Assembly (NCBI RefSeq): GCF_006345805.1
Contig: NC_043009.1
Location: 34,162,001-34,226,000, forward strand
Length of the DNA stretch: 64,000 nt
Origin: Octopus sinensis
Taxonomy: Eukaryota
Reading direction: 5' to 3'
The notes under the pieces are model-generated. The model saw nothing but the letters and a program-made list of their open reading frames with translations. It searched no databases and had not been told where the DNA came from. The translations under genes were made by a program, and so were the position numbers. Below, one piece after another: positions 23,601-36,384 of this stretch (positions are counted from its first letter, which is position 1; the number at the start of each line of letters is the position of its first letter).

Positions 23601-23759
23601 ACAAGCAGTCAGCTCTAAGAGACTGTACCGCGGTCATATATGGGGCATCCTAAGCAGAATCTGAGGCCTCCCCGCTTGATCGACTACAACACAACATCGC
23701 CCTTGTCAAAAACTTCGGATGCCCCATATATGACCGCGGTCAGAATAGGTAATTTAACG

Positions 23760-24065
23760 TAATGCCAACCAGTTTCCACGAGCGACTTCCTTTTCTTCTA
23801 TAAATGTATGTTAGGTTTGAGGAGTTACTGTGCACACTGGCAGAGTAGATTGTTCTTGAGTTAAGCATTTTCCATTTAAGGGCTGGAGCAATTGCGTGTA
23901 GGTTGATCAATATTTTGTTTTTGGTTGTTAATGCCTGATAATATTTGTTGGAAGTTGTTTGTGATGGAGTAAGATAATTTAACATTCTTTCTATTAAGTT
24001 TACGGTATTTGTGTTTGGGTGGGAAATGTTTTATGCAGGAATATTTTTCGCTTCCTGTAAACAAT
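23760..24065 (-). pseudogene. PLE RT-EN linker and GIY-YIG start
   Basis: HFPPKHKYRKLNRKNVKLSYS..NCSS, PLNGKCL, TIYSASVHSNSSNLTYI; the inter-motif loop is normal and short. Confidence 0.8.
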
Positions 24066-24097
24066 ATATTTTTCTTTTAAATTATTAATTTTGTTTT

Positions 24098-24326
24098 TAT
24101 ACTCTCTTTACTCTTTTACTTGTTTCAGTCATTTGACTGCGGCCATGCTGGAGCACCGCCTTTAGTCGAGCAAATCGACCCCGGGACTTATTCTTTGTAA
24201 GCCCAGTACTTATTCTATCGGTCTCTTTTGCCGAACCGCTAAGTGACGGGGACATAAACACACCAGCATCGGTTGTCAAGCAATACTAGGGGGACAAACA
24301 CAAACACACAAACTTATACACACACA

Positions 24327-24378
<52 letters not shown>

Positions 24379-24538
24379 ACAGGCTTCTTCAGTTTCCGTC
24401 TACCAAATCCACTCACAAGGCATTGGTCGGCCCGGGGCTATAGCAGAAGACACTTGCCCAAGATGCCACGCAGTGGGACTGAACCCGGAACCATGTGGCT
24501 GGTTAGCAAGCTACTTACCACACAGCCACTCCTGCGCC
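24098..24538 (-). mobile_element. SINE family B, full length, young
   Basis: Head ggcgcaggagtggctgtgtggtaag (A-box), ggttcagtccc (B-box), internal (TA)n, tail aagagtaaaagagt. Confidence 0.9.
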
Positions 24539-24964
24539 TATTTATATGTAGTCTAACACTCTCCTAGCTGTTTGATTATGAATTTATTCATTTAATATTC
24601 TCTATTCCAAGATAAATGGGTAAATCAAATACGCATTTTCAAGGCATTTGCTCTTCCTGTCACTAAACCTTATCTGTTTTCCAATTGAGGATATTTCTTT
24701 ATTTCAGAAATCTTTGATAGCGTACGGCTGGGTGTGTACTCGATATAAATGAACCAGATAATTCTTTCCGTTTGTCTCTATGGGAATTGAATACAGAACG
24801 TAAACAGACGTTACTAAATTAACCAAGTGGCATTTAAGCTAATGCTTTACCAGTTCTGCTTGTATCAGTTTGAAAGAACAGGCAGTTTTCAACAAATATT
24901 GTAGTTTTAAACTAGGAGAGAAATTGACACACCCAAATGTTATTATCAAAATACGACTGTCAAT

Positions 24965-25181
24965 ACCATCTCCCCACCATCATTACCACCGACATCATCA
25001 CCACACCATCACATCATTACCACCACCGCTGCTACAACTACTACTACTATTACGACGACGACGACGACGACAATCACCACCATCACCACCACCACCACCG
25101 CTGGCGGATGATATATTTTGCCATCCTGTTCGGAAGGCAAAATATTGGTCAATGAACCACGCAGCAGCAGCAGCAGTCAGG

Positions 25182-25239
<58 letters not shown>

Positions 25240-25257
25240 CAACAGAGGCAGCAGCAC

Positions 25258-25347
<90 letters not shown>

Positions 25348-25390
25348 CTGCAGTAGCATCAGCTGTAGCAGTAGCTAAAGCAGTATAGTT
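24965..25390. repeat. Compound trinucleotide array (CAC/CAT, TAC, GAC, GTA, TAT, TAG)
   Basis: Direct reading of the sequence. Confidence 0.9.
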
Positions 25391-25844
25391 GTGTATTCCA
25401 GTGTAGTTGTCTCAGTAGTAGTGATGGTAGTGATGGAGGAGGTCTTAGTGGTGATGTAGTGACTGTCGTGTGATCTCAATGATGGTTTTGATAAACGGTA
25501 GTGGTAAATATAGTTACGGCGATGGCGGTACTTTCAATTTCTTACTGGAGAATCTCACACACAAGCATACATAAATACATTACACACTCACACACATACA
25601 CACACACATATCTTCTTTGTTGTCATTCATAACTAATTATGAGTTGGTGGCAGAAAAAGTTGTACTTTTGTTTTTGGTTTTTTTTTATATGAAAACACTT
25701 CATCAACTATATTTTGGGATCTAAATTTTTTCATTCGCAAAATATGCATTTTTGAAAAGACAGTGTAAAGTCTGAAAATCGGCTATCATAATGTAGCCTT
25801 CCAGTCTCATTGCTTTGAAGGTATGATGTTGTGGAGAAAAAATT

Positions 25845-25998
25845 GGAGTGGCTGTGTGGTAAGTAGTTTGCTAACCAACCACATGGTTCCGGGTTCAGTC
25901 CCACTGCGTGGCATCTTGGGCAAGTGTCTTCTGCTATAGCCCCGGGCCGACCAATGCCTTGTGAGTGGATTTGGTAGACGGAAACTGAAAGAAGCCTG

Positions 25999-26067
<69 letters not shown>

Positions 26068-26285
26068 TGTGTGTGTGTGTGTGTGTTTGTCCCCCTAGCA
26101 TTGCTTGACAACCGATGCTGGTGTGTTTACGTCCCCGTCACTTAGCGGTTCGTTAAAAGAGACTGATAGAATAAGTACTGGGCTTACAAAGAATAAGTCC
26201 CGGGGTCGATTTGCTCGACTAAAGGCGGTGCTTCAGCATGGCCGCAGTCAAATGACTGAAACAAGTAAAAGAGTAAAAGAGTAAA
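25845..26285 (+). mobile_element. SINE family B, near full length, young
   Basis: Near-identical to the reverse complement of 24098-24538 and to 41203-41628. Confidence 0.9.
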
Positions 26286-27884
26286 GAGAGTAGAGGTTTA
26301 AAAATCGAAAAAAAATTGTATATTTTTGGCCAATAGCGAGACAAATTTTCTGCGTTTAGTGGAGTGGTGTCAACTTTAAGGTTGTACCCTGAGAAATGTA
26401 TGTTTCTAAATAAACAGAAATACCTAATAAAATCAACATGCACCATCTTACTGTTTCTTTAGTCCCTTCATTGATTGTATAGTTTTATTATTTTTTGATT
26501 TGTTATATTAATATATTTGTCCGTGTGTTTACTATATGCGTATTTCAGTATTATGTACACCTGTCATGTATTTGTGCATATCATTAATAAAAAGTGCATG
26601 TGGATGTATGTATTCATATATAAGTTTATATGTGCGTTTATGCATTCATGTGTGTGTCTCCAAAGCTCTGAAGTTAAGTGTTTTCATGCTTGGAGTTGTA
26701 AACTACGATAAGAATTTGTCCCAAGAAAAAGAATACCTGTATCTTATACGTTTTTGCATGCAGAATTCAAGAATACTGTTAAATTATCTGTATCACCCAC
26801 AGTTTCTCTGTTCCACGATATCCCTCTCAGTTCTTGTTACGTGGGCTAAATTTTTGTTAAGCTGTTGAAATGTGAAGCTAACAGTTTAAGAAATTCTCCT
26901 AAATTAAATTTTATGAACAGAATTAACCTAGTGAAATCATAAATCCAGCTATCAATGAGTCCCCAATATATATGAAATGGAATACATGTATAAATTCTAA
27001 TACAGAGAAAAAAAACCCCCAAAAAATACTAACACGCAGAAAAAGGCACAGAAAAATATGTAATATACTAACACACAGAAAAATTAAAACAAAACATGAG
27101 GGTGAAAAGAATCTCGTGGTGTGAAGAATCAAGTGTGAAAAATCAACAGAGACAACAGCGGCACAGACAGTAATGAACCACAACACAGTGTGCGGTTGTT
27201 ATGGTAACAGGCTGCTAATGCCACCCTGTCTGTTGATTGGCTAAAAGTACCCAAATTTCCCAACGGTAATTCCAAATAACACCAGATTCTTTAATTTACG
27301 AGATAAAGTAATTGGTTGATCGTAAACAAAATTCATAGTTACATTGATACACCAAAATTGAAAGCAATCTGAGCAAAATTAAGGAATGGGGCTCATTTTG
27401 CGAATGAGAAAAACTAGATCCATGTTATCCTTTGTCATGTGATTGTAAGCAATAATAGTCGTATATATTGCAGGATTTTATTGGCAGTCTTTGTGTAGTA
27501 GATTTTGTGGATCTTTTCTGTTTGGCAGCACTTTTTGAAATTTTAAAATTAAAGGAAAAATTTCAAATTTGGTGTATTGATGTAATTTTTCATGCTGAAT
27601 TCACTTGTTCCAGAAAAGTATTTTAAAAAGTTAGAGAGGTTTAAAGTTTGATTATTTTTACCCAGTCAGAAAGCAGGATTTGGAAGCTATCATTTTGTGC
27701 GTGACTGCATTGCGACGATAGCACGTGTTTTAACATCAAACTGTAAACAAATGAAATATTGGCGGGATACTGCTTTATACATACCACATAATCCCTGAAA
27801 ACTTTTTTATTTTTTGGAATTTTCAGAAAACATTTGCCAATATGTATTCTACACACGGGAATTCATACGATTATGCAATCCTCC

Positions 27885-28530
27885 CCACCCCGCAAAAAGG
27901 CTTTCTTTAGCTCCAAGAAGATGAACATTGCAGGCTGTTGTTGTTCCTGACACTTCTCCCGGAGTTGATAGGCACAAAAGATCATGTCGATTGTGCCTCG
28001 AGAGGGTCGAAAGCCACACTGGGACTCAGGGAAGACGTCTTCCGCGAGGATGAGGAGGCGATTGAGTAGGATACGGGCGAAGATCATACTTGCAATACTC
28101 AGTAGTGAGATGCCCCTATAGTTGTTGCAATCCTCTCGGTCTCCCTTCTTGTAAATGATGATGATAGTTGCATCGCAGAAGTCGTTCGTGGGGGTGGGGG
28201 CGTCTTGCTTTCTCAGCATCAGATGATTTCTCAGCTCAGGACCTCTGTGCATGAAAAACTCAAATTGAATGTTGTCTGGTCCTGGAGCTTTCCCCGGCTT
28301 CATGCGCGCAAGTGCCTTGTTGAACTCATGGCGTGAGGGCAGCAAGGACATCCAATGGCGGATGGGGAGCTGTGGGGGTGTTTTGGAGGAAATCGTCAGG
28401 AGTGAGTGAGTGGTCGTTAAGTAGGCACTCGAAATGGGACTTCCAGTGATCGAGGGTTCTCTGGGTGTAGGTTATCGTTCTTCAGGTCGGCCACTGATGA
28501 CAAGGGACGACCATCGGAAGTGTAACTGGT
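27885..28530 (-). pseudogene. RTE LINE RT N-terminal fragment
   Basis: KAPGPDNI, IYKKGDREDCNNYRGISLLS, PESQCGFRPSRGTIDMIF, REKCQEQ, ELKKAF. Confidence 0.92.
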
Positions 28531-28559
28531 ACAGTGCTTTGTCAATAAACAAAGGTTTT

Positions 28560-29790
28560 AGCAGGTATGTCGCACATAAAAATGCCAGGGATATTTGGAA
28601 TGGTGGATGAAGATCAATTGCAAAAGAATCGATATTATTGACAATCTATTATAGAAGAGATTCAATTTTGGGCAGAAGTGAACTTGTGCTTCGTGATGAT
28701 TGTCTTGCCAATGATAAGGATAGCGAAGTGTCTAGACTTATTTTAGTAATGACTCAAATTTTTTTTTAAATTCCAGCGATATATAAGAATGCGTCGTACA
28801 CATTTGTACATGATGTAAAATTAAATTATACAACTTGTGAAAGAGTGATGATGTTTGTCAATCAGATATCCCTTTTATACAATATGAAATGCGACAGAAA
28901 TCGTGATCCTTCTAATACTAGTTTTAAATTTTGGCACAAAGCCAGCAATTTCCGGCGATGAGGAAAGTCGATTACAATGACCCCAATACTCAACTAATAC
29001 TTATTTTATCGACCCCCAAATAGATAAAAAAAAAAAGAAGCAAAATCGACCTCGGCAGAATTTGAACTCAGAATGTAATGGCAGATAGAAGACCGCTAAG
29101 CATTTCGCTCGGTGTGCTAACGATTCTGCCAGCTCACTGTTTTGTGTAATCCTACTAATACTGAAAATATTACAGTCATTGCCAGGTTTGTAAAAGGAGG
29201 AGTCGTGTCAGAAAGCCTGATTGCTTTAACAAGGACCGAAGACTTAAAGGCTAAAAGTTTGGTTAATGCTATTATTCAAAGAATTGTACATACTGGACGA
29301 GAGCGAAAAATCATTTTGTCTCACTGCTATGTTTGTATCTCTGCACCGGTGGTATCCCAAAAATAGTAAAACAAGAAAATTCGAAAGGAAATCTCGCAGA
29401 TACATTGCTTCAATCGTCAGTTACATTTGGTTGCAGTTCACGCGAATGAAGAGACTAGTGACATCGAATTGTTTTTTAGAACATGTAAAGCTATTTATTG
29501 CTTTCCACGCAGACCAAAGTTGTTTACTCCATACAAAGGTACACATTTGAAGCGTTTATTGGAACAACGAAGGACAGAGCGTCTAGCAACTGCTACCGCC
29601 ATATTTACCCATCACAAATATGCAGTACAAGTGCTTCGGAAGGTGGAAAATGGCATTTCTAACATAAACATTAAAACTGAGGCAACTGGTATTTTGAAGA
29701 CTCAAATTTATCTTTATTACCATTCTTCTTCAAAATATTCTGAAAGTTGTTATGTATTCTGTACTGTATAATTTGAAAGGAGTAAAAAAT
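28560..29790 (+). pseudogene. hAT transposase remnant interrupted by a SINE
   Basis: ENITVIARFVKGGVVSESLIAL..AKSLVNAII..LSHCY and LVAVHA..FFRTCKAIY resemble hAT (DUF4371/ZMYM1-like) transposases. Confidence 0.65.
28915..29139 (-). mobile_element. SINE family A
   Basis: Reverse complement gagctggcagaatcgttagcacaccgagcgaaatgcttagcgg...gagttcaaattctgccgaggtcga. Confidence 0.85.
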
Positions 29791-29914
29791 AAACGAAGGA
29801 AAAATTTAAAAACAACTCTCAGGCTAAGAAATTTTATTTACAAGGTAATTATTCTATTCCTCAACGCAATCGTAAAGTTCCAGAGCATTTTACACAATCA
29901 TTAGTATTAATCTT

Positions 29915-30075
29915 TTCTATTATAGGCACAAGGATTGAAATTTGGGGAAAGGGGGTGAGTCGATTACATTGACCCCCAATGCGTAAATAGTACTTAAATT
30001 AACGACCCCGAAAGGATGAAAGGTAAAGTCGACCCCGATGGTATTTTAACTCAGAACATGAAGACAGACGATCAG
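29915..30075 (-). mobile_element. SINE family A, truncated
   Basis: gtcgactttacctttcatcctttcggggtcg core on the minus strand. Confidence 0.75.
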
Positions 30076-30394
30076 TCATTAGTGTTAATGTCAACGCAAA
30101 GGCATGGAGACTCTGGAAACAAATAAGAACTTTTTAATGATGTTTACAACAGTATTTTTAACAACTACATTGGATAACTTGAAAGCATTAATGAACGCAA
30201 CACAAGGATATTTGCAGTTATTGTTGTGTCTCGTCGACACTGTTATGTCCTCCTTTGAACTCACTGTATATGTCACTTTATAACGTGTACATATAACAAG
30301 GTCATAACAATACAAATATAAGTCAGAAACAACAAGTAACAAACAATATCTCTTCTCAACGACTTCTACGACTGTCTTCACCAAGCGCCTGCAC

Positions 30395-32345
30395 AACACC
30401 ACACTATTTCTTTATTTGGACACACAGAGCCTAACATAGAGAGGACAAACAAGGACAAAGTGGGAAAAAATAGAAAACGAATGAAAAAGATGGAATTTAG
30501 AAATGAAAAAGGAAATGAACGCCACTTGATCCCTCGACCGAGCAGTTTCATTGAATCTTTTTCTTACAACACATTAAATTGCTTTTTTTTCTCACTTTTT
30601 TTTTACTTCAAAAACATCATCTACACAGTCAAAATATTATGATAACAATTACAGTTCTATGTTGAGTCCTATTATACACAAATACATGTACTTTTTTCTT
30701 TGTACATAATTACAAAACATCAATTATACCGTTAGAACATTACTGTGATAATCACTATTCAAAGTGAGTCAAAACTTCAAGGATACAACGATCTTTCGTT
30801 CCTATTGTTTCCGGGTAATTTTCACTCAATCTTACCTTAGGCTGTAATACGTTCAGGTTCACGTCTCTTCCCGCGAGTAGACATCTCGACCTGTACTTGT
30901 CTTTTAACTTGTGATAATTCTCCCTCAACATGAGGTACCACCTTACACCCGGGTGCAACCCCTCACAATCCTTCGTGTCCATCTCTATATCAGAGTTCAT
31001 CATCTCAACTTCTTTTCTCACTGAAACCTTTGCACTCTTGTATAAAACGATAAGGTAACTTTCCCTGGGTGGGGGATTGGGAATTTGTGGCTCTTGTAGG
31101 TTTGCATTATTTGTATTCATGTCTGGTGTGGTAAGGAGAGGATGTCTGCAGGGGAGTGGGGTGGAGCGAGAGAGGAGGGAGGGGAATGGGTTGGGATTCT
31201 TCTTCGCTAGTTTGCTGTTTTCTTTTTTTCCTCTTGTTCACCTCTATCCATTCCGTTGATTTTTTTTTGTACTCCTGGTTTTTGTTTCCATCCATCTCAG
31301 TTCTTAATATTACGACATCCGAGACACGGTCTTCACTGGAACTTCTTTTGGTCATTCTACAGGAAGGGAGAAAGCACTTGGCCCTTATGTGTCCCAACTG
31401 TCCACAGCCTCGGCCTCCTGTCTCCCACCACAACCCTAAGCCTCACCTCGTCTCCCACCGTTGTGGTGTTGACTATTTCTTCCATGCTCTCTAAAGCAGC
31501 CTGGATTATCATTTCCAGTATCTGCCCAAGCCAATTCTTCGCCGGGAGCTTTGTCGCCTGTAAGATTGTAATCCTTTCTTCGAAGCCCAATAAAATGGCT
31601 GCTATTATTCAGTTTACGTCCACCTCCGGAGGTATTCCTTCAACCTTTACCTCGGATGCACGTCTTCCCAAGTCGGTAGGTATAAGGATTCACGGAGCTC
31701 GTAGAATGATACCTGACTGTCGCTTCGCTTATAAACCGTACCTCTACCGTCGCGAAGTTCGACCCTCTGCAAACTTGGTAATATTCTGCCAGATGAGTCT
31801 TAGTGCTTTTTCTATTTGTTCTTTTGCCATTATCTCTACCTTGTTGGATTTCGGGTTATATGTTATGTATGTGATACTTCTTTCCTTAATAAATCTCGTG
31901 TTGTTGCTGGTGGGTGACACTGTCACCTTGTGTCCTACTCTCTTCAACTTTTCTTTGTATTTTACATTTCCTTTTTGTTGATACAGATTTCTTCTTACCC
32001 ATCACCAGCCGCAGCTACAAAGTTTATTTTCTTCCTTTCTTCCATTACTTTGTCAGTCCTCTTCAGTTTTCTTCTCAGTTCCTCCTCAGACGAGGTCATA
32101 GGAGACGAACTAAGACTTTCATAGTCCATTTCAGCATTCACAGCGCTTTCCCCTTCAACTGAGGGAAAACGCTAGCAGTACCGCTGCAAGGCAGCAAAAA
32201 AACAGAGTGTAGAAAAGCACAAAACAACAGAATAACGTTACAATTACATGAAACAAGCAAGCAACTTACGCGAACTTGGAGCCTTGGTGTAACTTTATCT
32301 ACGACGCTAACGGAATAAATAAACATATGACATTGTTTTAGCGCC
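30395..32345 (-). mobile_element. ORF1-only (gag-like, CCHC knuckle) retroelement, L1/Tx1-like
   Basis: 5' leader, MDYESLSSSPMT start near 32129, TVEVRF, CGQLGHIRAKC, C-terminal ORF 30755..31120, then a 3' end with ccaaataaagaaata; no ORF2. Confidence 0.7.
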
Positions 32346-32457
32346 TGCACCCTGTATTTCTTTATTTGGCAACACAGGGCCTAACATAGAGGGGGCAAAC
32401 TAGGACAGACAAAGTGGAGAAAAAGAAAACGAATGAAAAATGAAATGAACACCACTC
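32346..32457 (-). mobile_element. Second copy of the same 3' terminus, cut by a MITE
   Basis: ccactttgtc..gtttgccccctctatgttaggccctgtgttgccaaataaagaaata matches 30405-30465. Confidence 0.75.
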
Positions 32458-32852
32458 GGATCTTTTCGGTTTGAACGGCAGTTTTTTCTAGCGGTGTCAT
32501 ATGAAATTGTCATTCATAATTATGACCCTAGTATCAATCTATTTTAGGGTTAGGGTTAGGGGGAAGGGTATTTTTTTTTCTTCACAAATGTAAATAAACC
32601 CAATCTGTTTCTTAAACGAGGGACATATTCATACGGCACAGAATGGTTTTTACCTCAATAGACGCCAGTGATTGGTTGAAATTGCAGAAATTGAAGAAAA
32701 AAACAACAAATATCTTTCAAACTATAGAATTTTCTCAATAAAGCCAAGAGAAAAAGATGTTTTATAAACACGTTCTACCAGTATACGAAGTTTAAAATTT
32801 TTTAGTTACCTAGAAATTATGTTAAAAACTGCCGTTCAAACCGAAAAGATCC
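32458..32852 (+). mobile_element. GGATC-terminal MITE with internal (TTAGGG)3
   Basis: TIRs ggatcttttcggtttgaacggcagtttt / aaaactgccgttcaaaccgaaaagatcc; TTAGGG x3 at 32544-32561. Confidence 0.92.
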
Positions 32853-33374
32853 CATGTATGTTTCCTTCCATGTATGAATTTGTGAAATTTTTTCACCGCA
32901 AAAGTAATGGCTGGTGACCCCTTCTCAATTTGACTGTAGTTCTTTTCAGCCGCCAACAATGAACGTGGGTGTGTTTTACGCTACCATTTTCATACTTGTG
33001 TAAAATTACCGCTCCTCTCCCACTTTCGCCAGCATCTGATGCTACTACTATTTTTAAATTTGGATCAAAGTACGATAATGACAGTTCCGATATTAAAACT
33101 TTTAAAATTTCTTCAAACGCTTTTTGACACCTGTCTGACCGATAACATGGCCGCCATGGGTTTTGCAGTAAATCACTAAATCATCCATAACTTCTGTATT
33201 ATCCTCTCAAATTACACCAAAATCTCAGACAATAACAATTAATATCGTATTTATTGTCTGTGAAAATTATAGAAAATTATAGAATATAAAACAACTTTGA
33301 TAAAAACTTATACCTACTTTTCTGACGAAAACAATGCCGTTCTGAACATTTTGGCCGCAACTGTATACAGCATA

Positions 33375-33712
33375 CATAGACCCGGTCGCAGCAGCTGTAA
33401 GAAACTCTGTTTAGTGTTAGTCTTGGTTATGTAACAGTTCTTTAATCTTCTTATTTCTCCAAAGACAGCCCCTCGTGCATTCTCGAAGGAGACAGATTAG
33501 CGGATAGCGTGTCGCTTGCCAAGCCTCCGACTGGAGGTTATACTAAGATCATTGTAGGTCATCAAGCCTCTGGCTCGAAATATCCTTATCCTTTTTTTTT
33601 GTTGTTTTGGTCTTTGGTGCCTCTTTTTGGCACAATAGGCAATGGGAAGGTTGCCATACAGCACATTCTTGAGGCAGGTGGTGATACAGTAATAAATATA
33701 TACAACTTTCGC
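33375..33712. repeat. Unclassified repeat, copy 1
   Basis: Diverged direct copy at 34482-34772 (shared cccggtcgcagcagctgtaag, gaaggagacaga, ggctcgaa.tatcctt, ggcaggtggtgatac). Confidence 0.8.
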
Positions 33713-34481
33713 ACATAAACATACACAATATACACGCACACTATTGGGTCACACACACACACTTCATGCATTAATACACACACGCGCACACACACATGGG
33801 CATACACCACTCGAACAAGTACACATTAACTGTGACAAACAAGCCTTTGCATAAGCACATACACACACACACGATAGCTTTACACACATACTATACACAG
33901 CCTCACACACAAATACACACGACCATACGTACACATACGCACACATACATGAAACACAGATCACTCCAAACAATGTACACACTGAGTTACTTATAGACAC
34001 ACACGCTCCAATGCGCACGCACAGGCTCACATAATTTTAAGCTCGCCCACACACACATTCACACGCGTTCATCCTCATTCACACATGCATACTTAAATAC
34101 ATCATTATTACAGACACACACGCGCTTGCGCACCTTTGTTTAGCCGGGTCACCGTTATTATCTCCCTTTCGCTCAGCCTCTTTCGGTCATTTTATCATGC
34201 TGAACTGTTAATCCCTACACATTGTTTTTTCCCTCTCAACCCTTTCTGTCAAAGAGCGTAGGCTCGAAACGTCCAAGACTTTTCCATTCTTCTCGAGCGT
34301 CAGACTAGTACACCTGCTTGTTGTTCCTTCGTCTTTTTTCAGTAAATTTGAACTACACACACACACACACAAGCATATATACGTATGGGTACAAAACACA
34401 TCATCATCATCATCACAATTTTGGCTTGACTTCCCGAACGATGGCTGAAGGCTCTGTGAGGACTGATGAGGCTTACACAGG

Positions 34482-34772
34482 ATACATAAACCCGGTCGCA
34501 GCAGCTGTAAGGGAAATACTATTTAATGTTGGTCGTAGCTATATCACAGTTCTTTACTCTTCTTATTCTTGAAGGAGACAGACTGGCGGATAGCATGTCG
34601 TTCACCAAGCCTCACGACTCGAGGTTATAGTAAGATTATTGTCGGCCATCAATACCTCAGGCTCGAAGTATCCTTGTCCCTTTTGCTTTGATTTTTGGTA
34701 CCTCCTTCCGGCACGACAGGCAATAGGAAGGTTGCGATGCAACAGATTCTTGGGGCAGGTGGTGATACTGTT
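34482..34772. repeat. Unclassified repeat, copy 2
   Basis: See copy 1 at 33375. Confidence 0.8.
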
Positions 34773-35334
34773 ATATACATATACTACCATGTATACAACA
34801 ATGTATGTATGTGTTTGTGTGTGTGTCTGTGTGTGTTTGTATAAATAATCATACATGTATATAATCTGTACATACATCCATGTATACACCTTTACACGCA
34901 CACATACACACACACATGCACATATGAAGAGAAATATAAGGAAGGGAAAAAAGTGAGAATTGTTCTTTTGTACTATATAAGTAATGTTTTATGTAGATTG
35001 GTTTCTATGTATTTTTACTATATTTAGCTTTAATTTGTAAACAGTTGCTCCTTTTACAGAAAACAAGAACTATATTGATAAAACGGCTCTTCATTATTAG
35101 CTTCAGTGATTCAAGAACTAAGTACTAAATCATTTCAAACTTAGATGATGTTTTTATATTTCAGCTTCACGGCACACATTGAAGGCACACTGTATAGTCG
35201 AAGGGAAAATTTTCAACAAATAGTTTACTCAGCTTACTGGTGTAGACATAATATTGTAGTTAAAGCGTTCGTTTTGCAGCAATATAGTTTCGGGTTCATT
35301 ACCAACATAGCACCTTCAATGTCTTATATCATAG

Positions 35335-36181
35335 CTATTTCTTTACTACCCGCAAGGGGCTAAACACAGAGAGGACAAACAAGGACGGACAAATTGATTA
35401 AGTCGATTACATCGACCCCAGTGCGTAAATGGTACTTATTTAATCGACCCCGAAAGGATGAAAGGCAAAGTCGACCTCGGCAGAATTTGAACTCAGAACG
35501 TAGCGGCAGACGAAATACTTATTTCTTTACTACCTACAAGGGGCTAAACACAGAGAGGACAAACAAGGACGGACAAATGGATTAAGTCGATTACATCGAC
35601 CCCAGTGCGTAACTGGTACTTATTTAATCGACCCCGAAAGGATGATAGGCAAAGTCGACCTCGGCGGAATTTGAACCCAGAACGTAGCGGCAGACGAAAT
35701 ACTGCTAAGCATTTCACCCTGCGTGCTAACGTGTCTACCAGCTCGTCGCCTTTCAATGTCTTATACCTATTTCTTTATTACCCACAAGGGGCTAAAGACA
35801 GAGGGGACAAACAAGGACGGACAAATAGATTAAGTCGATTACATCGACCCCAGTGCGTAACTGGTATTTATTTAATCGACTCCGAAATGATGAAAGGCAA
35901 AGTCGACCTCGGCGGAATTTGAACTCAAAACGTAACAACAGACGAAATACCTATTTCTTTATTACCCACAAGGGGCTAAACACACAGGGGACAAACAAGG
36001 ACAGACATAGGTATTAAGTCGATTACATCGACCCCAATGCGTAACTGGTACTTAATTTATCGACCCCGAAAGGATGAAAGGCAAAGTCGACCTCGGCGGA
36101 ATTTGAACTCACAACGTAACGCAGACGAAATACCGCTAAGCATTTCGCCCGGCGTGCTAACGTTTCTGCCAGCTCGCCGCC
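35335..36181 (-). mobile_element. Tandem array of four SINE A units (two truncated, two full)
   Basis: Units begin near 35335, 35520, 35768 and 35952; the full heads end in cagctcg(t/c)cgcc at about 35750 and 36181. Confidence 0.9.
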
Positions 36182-36281
36182 TTTCAATGTCTTGTACCAT
36201 AGCATCAACCTTCTACGTGGAATTTAAACAGACAGAAACTGCCCGTGCCGTGTGTGTGTGTGTGTGTGTCTGTGTGTGTGT

Positions 36282-36350
<69 letters not shown>

Positions 36351-36384
36351 GTTCGTATATACATATATGAACAATTTAATATTT

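Noticed and set aside
32544-32561. Telomere or chromosome-fusion scar
   Set aside because: Only three TTAGGG units, always inside the same MITE.
33322-33360. CTGACGA core (also CTGATGA at 34463 and 43288)
   Set aside because: No GAAA-stem III-NUH in a compatible position.
35335-36181. CRISPR-like repeat-spacer array
   Set aside because: Units are SINE copies without unique spacers; eukaryotic context and no cas genes.
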